Translations under genes and position numbers: made by a program
Notes under the pieces: generated by a model
Seen by the model: the letters and a program-made list of their open reading frames with translations, nothing else
What the model was told of the DNA's origin: nothing
Database searches by the model: none
Assembly: GCA_951406725.2 (NCBI GenBank)
Contig: OX597825.1
Coordinates: 72,230,001-72,294,000, forward strand
Direction: 5' to 3'
DNA: 64,000 nt
DNA from: Octopus vulgaris
Taxonomy: Eukaryota
Shown here: piece by piece, positions 55,771 through 64,000 of the stretch
How positions within the stretch are numbered: the stretch's first letter is position 1
Layout: every line of letters starts with the position of its first letter

Positions 55771-58700
55771 GCGCGCGCGTCTTCGCCGCTCGACAACCAG
55801 TGTTAGTTTGGCAAAGAACATTATAGAATGTGCCAGATTTTAAAAAATGCAGTGCACCAGCATGGCCACAGTGGTAAAATATTAGCGATATCGATGCTGA
55901 CGGTTAACTGATTCAGTTTAAATACAGAAACTTTGGTGCCGTGTTCATAAACTACCTTAGCTGTAATTATATAATTATGAACTCTCTTATCCGTAAAAAC
56001 GTGTTTCAAGGCACGCAAGCAAACATAGGTAGTGTCATAATACGTCGTAAGATGAACATAATCAAGGTTTATCGATATTCTTGAAGCTTAGAAATCTAAT
56101 GTAACGCTGAATTACCATGGTGTAAATCGACTAAATCTATTTGCATTCTAGATTATCAAATTAGGCAGACGTTGGCACAGGCATGACTTTTTGGTTACGA
56201 TGTTTGCTTTGCAACTTCGTGGCTACGTGTTCAATCCCACTGGGTAGCAAGTTGGACAAATGTCTTCTACTATACCTCCCGACTAACCTGTGTTTTGCGA
56301 GTGAATTTGGTAGAGGGAAACTGTATGTTAGCCTGTTATACGTGTGTGCGCATGTATGTATGTCTGTGTGTGTGTGTGTGTGTTCGTTCTCCAGCCACCG
56401 CTTGACAAACCCACCTATCTCCTTTTAACCCTCTGACCTTCTTTCTCGCTTCCTATCTGTTTATATATATTCATGCACGCACGCGCATGTGTGTATGTTT
56501 GTCTCCAATACCAAAAAATACTGTCGCCAAAACAGGCAAAATGTCCAGTCACTTGTGCCAAGTTGCCAGCGTCCAAACACCCGCGTCCTGTCTTTTCATT
56601 CCGGCTACATTTGCTTCACAAAAGCGAGCAACCCTCTTTATATTCAGAAAAGAATTCGGCCCCTCACAACTACTACAAAGCTCAGATGAAACTAACAGAT
56701 GACTCCTACACTTGCATCTGCATACACATACAAAAGAAAAATGGAAAAGCCACCCAAGTGACTGGCAGGAAATGGCTCCCCGGCACACTCTAATCTACAG
56801 ATGTCATGTCTCTTTTCTCTGTCTTTTCTTTTAACATTACACTGGTCTCTGATTCTGAGGTGGCTAGACTCGAGCTGTCCCCAATTGGGTATTCACGACT
56901 CCCTCTTCCACCTCCTCTAGTCACTTGTATTGTATTCATACCCATCCTTAGGCCTCAAACAGACCACTCTACCTTCATTTCCACTTGTAATGAGAGGTTA
57001 CGGAGTCATCAGTGTAACTACAGGCTGCGAGGATGGAAAAGCGACATTTACAGAAAGTGGATCTGTTTGTATGTGTCCATGCTAGAAGTGAATATCATCA
57101 ATGACAGTGGACCGTAGGCATTCGTCTTGTCTGTTTTACGACCACTGGTCAGTAACCAGACAATCGTTATCTTTATATCCAATTGTATGTTAAAGAAAGG
57201 GCACCAAAGACAAAATCGTTAATGACATTCCAATATATTGTTTACAATTGGGACTCTAATGATTTAAGCGTCTGCTGACTCTACTGCTATTTCGCCGGTA
57301 ACCCTAGTCGCTGATAAAAACATTTTCTTAATGTCTCTCTCAAGGACTTGAATAGGTGGCTGCTTGAGGTCATAAATCCCTGGAAAAATCCTATTTTGGT
57401 ATTTTGTTACTTTCACATCTGAACACAGTGATTCGAGATCAATTCCTAGACAGTAAAATAGTTTCTGGGACTCTACTAATATTCCCACATTCTCAGAAAC
57501 GTAGTTCCTCTTGATATTCCTATCTTCACATGCTTTCCCTGAAGCCTCGACATGAAACTATTCAAGTAGAACGTCAGTGGTGATGACCTCACTGGTTTCT
57601 ATGCGACCAGTGAAGTCCATGGTTGGGCCACTACCCCACTCAAAACCTCCACCCCAGACCAGTTAAATCACTCAACATAAACAAAGCAACAAACAAAAAA
57701 CAAATAAAAGCATTCGTCCGTTTTATTTCTTATTTAAATACTGAAATATTTTAAACCACAGTAGATGGAGCGGATTATGAATTTAAAGTCTTTTTTATTG
57801 ATTTTGTGTTCAATATTTGCTTGTTGCTAACCAGTCATCGATTTAGATGAGACTAGAGGTGATCAGATCGTTTATATTTGTGCGTGTACGTGGGCGTTTG
57901 TTTGTGTGTGTATGTGTGTTTGTATGCGTGTGTGTGCGTGCGTGCGCGCGCGTATGTGTTGTGCGCGCGTGCTACTGTGTGTGTGTGTGTGTGTGTATGA
58001 GCGCTATTGCGTGTGAGCGTGTGTGTGTGTGTGCGTGCGTGTGTATGCGTGTGAAAAATGGAAATGCGTGTATATGTGAGTGTGACAAAGTGATACATGA
58101 GGGAAAGCTTCGAGATAGATAGACAGAGAGAAAGAGAGAGAGGGGGGAGAGAGAGAAAAAGAGAGTGTGTGGGTGTGTGGGTGTGAGTGTGGGTGTGGGT
58201 GTGTGTGGGTGTGATACAGATAGAAGAAGAAAATTAGTGACAGAAAGTTAAGGTAAACTAAACAAAAAGAGCAATATAGTTTCACCATTAAAATGTGTTA
58301 GAATTTCAGTGTAGAATGAATGAATTCCCAGCTGTGTCTATATTATGCTCTTTACTAATGGTAAATGCTAAAATATAATAAAATAATTAAAAAAGAAAAA
58401 AAAACCACACTGCTACTTTTAGATTAATTCCATCGTGAATTAGAAGTTTTAAATAAAGAATGATTATATGAGAGGAACTCGTCATTAAATAGATAAATCT
58501 ATCTTAGTTATCGTTCTCCCAGATTTTCACATTCCTTCTGAAAGATCTACGCTGTAAGGTTGATAAAACAAGACCTTACTTTAGTTAAGACGGGCAAAAT
58601 AAACTTTAAAATAGCAAACAGAAGCCTATGGTCCTTCATATTTCAGTATTGGTACTGTATAGTAATGTTGTCGTGTTTGTTACTTAACTATGGTACTTTT

Positions 58701-60431
58701 ATTCTAGTTGCGGTCCTTTAATCTAGTTGTGATCACTCCATCGTTGTTCCATATTTAGTGTTTATTATGTATTACTACTTTAATCTAACATACCACAACA
58801 TTTACGTTTCCATAGGTATTTTTCAATAACAAAAGATAAAGGAAATGTACTTTTTTTTATCACAGGAGATCCGATTAATGAAGATTGATTCCATAACATA
58901 TAAAGGCCATTGACCAGACAAGTAAAATAAAATGGGACCAGCCTGCGTTTTAAAATAGGCTGAAAAAATCATCTGTCTGCTTACACTGATGTGAATACAC
59001 TTTTATTCACAAAGTTTGCCACAAGGGCAGTACACAGATTAGCTGCGGGCTGGGCAAGGACATTAACGTGATGAGGATGATAACGATAAAAATGAGTAAA
59101 AATGGGAAGGGTACCGGCGCCCGCCGACCGATACCCCCTCGAAAACACTGTGGAGGCCAACATGGACCGTCTATACAGACCGAATCGTATCGTTCTCGGT
59201 CTAGAAGACTATCCAAGTACATCTCAACAGGTCCTCCCCCGAGGTAGAAAATGAAAAGTTCCACCTGTTTCTCACGGGGTGAGGCCTCAACGTTATATGA
59301 ATACACTTGGCCTTAATAAGGCGGCGATTTGGCAGAATTGTTAGTGCGACGGGCAAAATGCTTAGCGGAATCTTATCTCTCTTTACGTACTAAGTTCAAA
59401 TTCTGCCGTGGTCGACTTTGCCTTTCATTCTTTCAATAGAATAAGTAACACTTGGGCAGTGGGATCAATACACTCGCTACACTCTCCCTCGAAATTGCTG
59501 GCCTTGTGCCAAAATTTGAAACTTCTATACATGACCTCAGTTGGCAGCAAACTGGTAGAATCATTACCACGCAGGACAAAATGCTTAACGGCGTTTTGTC
59601 GGCCTGTACGTTTTGAGTTCGAATTCCACCGAGGACGTCTTTTTATTTCATTCTTTCGTGTTTGATAAAATAAGTACCAGTTGAACACTGAGGTCGTTGA
59701 AATCGACCCGCACCCTGACCCATAACTGGTGGTCTTGGGTCAAAATTTGGAACCAGTATATTTGGCCTTAATATGTTACTGACACCGACCCGACGATATG
59801 TGAACTTAGAGCGAAAGACAATCTATCGCCCAGTTTAAGACAACAACCCAGCTCCTGGTGTGTTTGTTTTTTAGTGGAACCCACTTTGTTGCAAGTATAC
59901 TTTTCTATCCGAGGAGAAATATAGCAATATGTTGCAATAATATATTAATGCTTCTTGGTGCAGTAAAAATCAATTTGTGTTTTCTGTTCCCCATTTCCAC
60001 CAAGCAATTTTGGAGATCGTCTGAGACAGGGATAGGATCATAGCGCTGCATCTCCCCCTTTGACCAATCCATACAAAGGCAGAATCCCTCCAGATAACAG
60101 AAGGGCATAAATTTATTGGAGCGCTGAACTAGCTAGAAATTAATGGGTTTACCTGCAGGCAGAATGTTGTAACTTGTTGAGTGTTTCGTGTTACGGAATC
60201 CCGACTTAAAATTAGAGGGAAATAAAAACTTGGATTTTTGTGGGGACACTACAGTTTCTTATTTCCTTATTGCCCACAAGGAGCTAAACATAGGGTGGAC
60301 AAACAAGGACAGACAAAGGGATTAAGTCGATTACATCGACTCTAGTGCGTAACTGGTACTTATTTAATCGACCCCGAAAGGATGAAAGGCAAAGTCAACC
60401 TCGGCGGAATTTGAACTCAATGTATATGCTG

Positions 60432-60560
60432 AGTGATTACTTGTGATGGCGACATTATACCTCCATTCATCTTCTTATATGGCCTCAGACTAAACATGGT
60501 GGCATACAAGAGCCTGGAGGAGGTAGTACTGCCCTGTGTCAAGAGGGTGGCGGCTGGAGT
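60432..60560 (+). pseudogene. Tc1/mariner-superfamily transposase catalytic fragment
   Basis: VITCDGDIIPPFIFLYGLRLN..AY..LEEVVLP.VKRVAAG. Confidence 0.65.
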
Positions 60561-60889
60561 GAGACAGTTCTTTGTCTATCTCCTTAACTTCTTTGAGACT
60601 TTAGGTATAATTATACTAATGTATCCATCTGTTCTAATTTAATTAAATTCTATGTAATTGTGCAGCGGAAGATTGCTCTACATTTTAAATTGATGTAATG
60701 ATTGCATTGTTCAATTAAATGGAGTTGCAGGAAACGATCGTACTGCATTACCTCTGTATATCCATGTTGCTTATTTTGATTTTAATCACCTTACTTTGAA
60801 ATTGTATGGATAAAACCGTACTAAGTTCTGGTGCCTCAACTTAACTACCATATTCATCTGAATCCATATATATATATATACACATATAT

Positions 60890-61042
<153 letters not shown>

Positions 61043-61150
61043 AATATTTAAAATATAAATATATTATACATATATGTATGTATTTATGTATGTATGTATT
61101 TATGTATAAGCATGCGTGTCCGCCTGTGTTTATATATGTACATGTGTTTA

Positions 61151-61251
<101 letters not shown>

Positions 61252-61743
61252 CATATATATATATACATACATATATTAAATGATCATAAACCTTTGTGCA
61301 CACGCACACACCTCACATATATTCACACACGTACATGAGACAAGAATGTGATATAATGAAGTTTATGGGATTCATTTCCGATACTGTATAACTTTATATT
61401 CCTCTATAGAATAGATCAAATTGATCAACTCACTCTGAAGATACCATCTCATACACTGGAAATTCAATCAACGACTTAGATGAGAAATTCATCAAAAAAC
61501 TTCTATGCAAGAATTTTTGCTATCCTCAATACAATGTCGCAATTAACCGTTTTATGGTTCCCATTCCATTATTCTAGAATATTGTTTCCTTTTTTTATTA
61601 AAGATAATCACAAAAGTAAATATGGACTTGAAAATGATACACCTTTTGCAAAAGATATAAGTATAAGATATATCAAAATATTTTCTATTTTGCCGAAAAG
61701 TTTAATTTAAAATTATATATATACGCACACACACACATATACA

Positions 61744-61871
<128 letters not shown>

Positions 61872-62427
61872 TAGATAGATATGTATGTATGTATATGAAA
61901 CGAAATGAATGCAGCATGTGATTTGCAGAAAAAAATAACAAAAAGCGAGTTTTTGCAGAACTGATATCATGAAAGATTAATTTAATTTAATTTATTTCAA
62001 TTTATTTTAACTATAATTTTGGTATTTCTAAATCGTCTTCCTAAGCGATTGGAAACAGGAGTGTATTTTGATAAAATTGTAAATATATTCTCTGTGTTTT
62101 GGAATGTATGAAAGTAATTATACAATATGTGTGTCTCTGTATAAAAACATTCATACTTATATATAAGTTAGACTGCTGACATGCCTGGCAAATGAGTGCC
62201 CAGCACCGAAGAGATCCAATAAGATAGAAATTAATTGGTCTGGTAGTCTCGGAGGTAGCGTGACATGTGGGTTCTCCCTCGCTTGCAATGAATATCGAGT
62301 ACGAAAGCGCACTGAATAAACCATTTGGAGATATGGGGTTAAAACAGCAGTATGGTCCTCTCGTAGAGAACACCCACGTTAAAGTGTCAATAAACGCTAC
62401 CATTTGTGTATGTGTGTGTGCGTGCTT

Positions 62428-62469
<42 letters not shown>

Positions 62470-62605
62470 GTGAGTGAGTGAGTGAGTGAGTGAGTGAGTG
62501 AGTGAGTGAGTGAGGGGGCTTGGCCTAATGATTAGGTTATTGCCGTCCCGGTCGCTGGTTCGTGAGTTCCATTTCCTGACTGGGTGGTGTGTTGTGTTCG
62601 TTTCG

Positions 62606-62649
<44 letters not shown>

Positions 62650-62651
<2 letters not shown>

Positions 62652-63210
62652 CTCTTATTCCCCACAGGTAGCTAAACATAGAGGGGACGAAAAAGGACAG
62701 ACAAAAAGATTAAGTCGATTACATCGAACCCAGTACGTAACTGGTACTTAATTTATCGACTCCAGTGTGTGACCTCGGCGAGATTTGAACTCAGAACGTA
62801 GCGGCAGACAAAATACCGTTCAGCATTTCGCCCGGCGTGCTAACTAACGTTTCTGCCAGCTCGTCACATTCAGAGTCGAAAGAAATACCTATTTCTTTAC
62901 TACCCACAAGGGGCCAAACACAGAGAGGACAAACAAGGACAGACAAACGGATTAGGTCGATTATATCGACGCCAGTGCGTAACTGGTACTTATTTAATCG
63001 ACCCCGAAAGGATGAAAGGCAAAGTCAACCTCGGCGGAATTTGAACTCAGAACATAGCGGCAAACGAAATACCTATTTCTTTACTACCCACAAGGGGCTA
63101 AACACAGAGAGGACAAACAAGGACAGACAAACGGATTAGGTCGATTATATCGACGCCAGTGCATCACTGGTACTTTATTTATCGACTCCGAAAGGATGAA
63201 AGGCAAAGTG
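62650..63210 (-). mobile_element. SINE group A, three tandem/nested units
   Basis: Repeated CCCACAAGGGG..AAACACAGAGAGGACAAACAAGG units. Confidence 0.85.
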
Positions 63211-63691
63211 AGTTGGAAGGCCACTCTTGCACTTCAAAGCCAAACTAAAAAACAATCTGAAGCGATACCACATTCCTTTTCCTTCCTAGGAAAAGAAAGC
63301 TTCAGGAGGCAGGACCAAGCACCAGTCCTGCTTCTCTTCAGTTTAAAGATTTGAGCAAAGTCGACTCCAGCATCGGAACCAATTTCGTGCAAGCATGAGG
63401 GTATGCTGGCAAAAACGCTGCTCCTCAAAAATTGGAAACCCTACCTGTGATTGTGGTTTTGTGGCACAAACAAAGCAGCCCTTGCCGTCCATTCAGAAAA
63501 ACACATAGCAAATGTTCCACTCGAACAAACTGAATCCTCAACTTGTTCCGTTCGCCAAAAACCCACAAGAGACACATTCGTATCCATCGAACATGGTTTA
63601 TTTTAACTGAATCCTCATTTGTTGTTCACGACAAGAGAATCCATCTTAATCATACATACATACATACATGCATGTCATATATATATATATA

Positions 63692-63945
63692 TTAAATTAG
63701 ATAAAACCACTATTAGACAAATCAAACAGTGAAAATCATATAAATTTAAATAATTTAAATTTTGAATTTTATATTTTATACATTTATTAATTAATTTTAT
63801 TTCTATGTATTGGTTTATGATTTTCACTGTTTGATTTGCCTAATAGTGGGTTTATCTCAAATTTAATATATATATTTATACTATAAAATTAGATTTAATC
63901 CTAGATCTAATTTTTCGCTGTAAGTTTGGATTCACTCCCTAATAT
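63692..63945. repeat. tail-to-tail hairpin insert in (TA)n
   Basis: GATAAAACCACTATTAGACAAATCAAACAGTGAAAATCATA / ATGATTTTCACTGTTTGATTTGCCTAATAGTGGGTTTATC; right arm extended. Confidence 0.8.

Positions 63946-64000
<55 letters not shown>

Noticed and set aside
57264-57560. Possible LINE ORF1 fragment (also 63200-63640, 43000-43600, 20660-21180)
   Set aside because: No diagnostic motifs I can support by eye.

Overview
AT-rich eukaryotic (animal) DNA with no recognisable host protein-coding gene. The repeat families look like those of an octopus or other cephalopod (inference). Almost all ORF-track entries are microsatellite artefacts. The window is a mosaic of (TA)n, (CA)n, (TATG)n and (TAA)n microsatellites; three tRNA-derived SINE groups; decayed LINEs (CR1-like, R4/Dong-like, L1/Tx1-like ORF1, RTE-like); non-autonomous Helitrons; mariner, Tc1 and Sola-like transposase fragments; and a Gypsy gag fragment. 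The most striking structure is a dense population of Penelope-like element (PLE) remnants sitting in (TA)n tracts. Three carry GIY-YIG endonuclease fragments from different clades, and many are short tail-to-tail hairpins. Together they carry about 14 minimal type-I hammerhead ribozyme motifs with palindromic helix III and family-specific core variants (extra A after A9, U4C, A6U, compensatory U3-A8). One PLE terminal repeat has a tRNA-like Pol III A/B-box head about 150 nt upstream of an intact hammerhead. All motifs and folds were read by eye and have not been computed.
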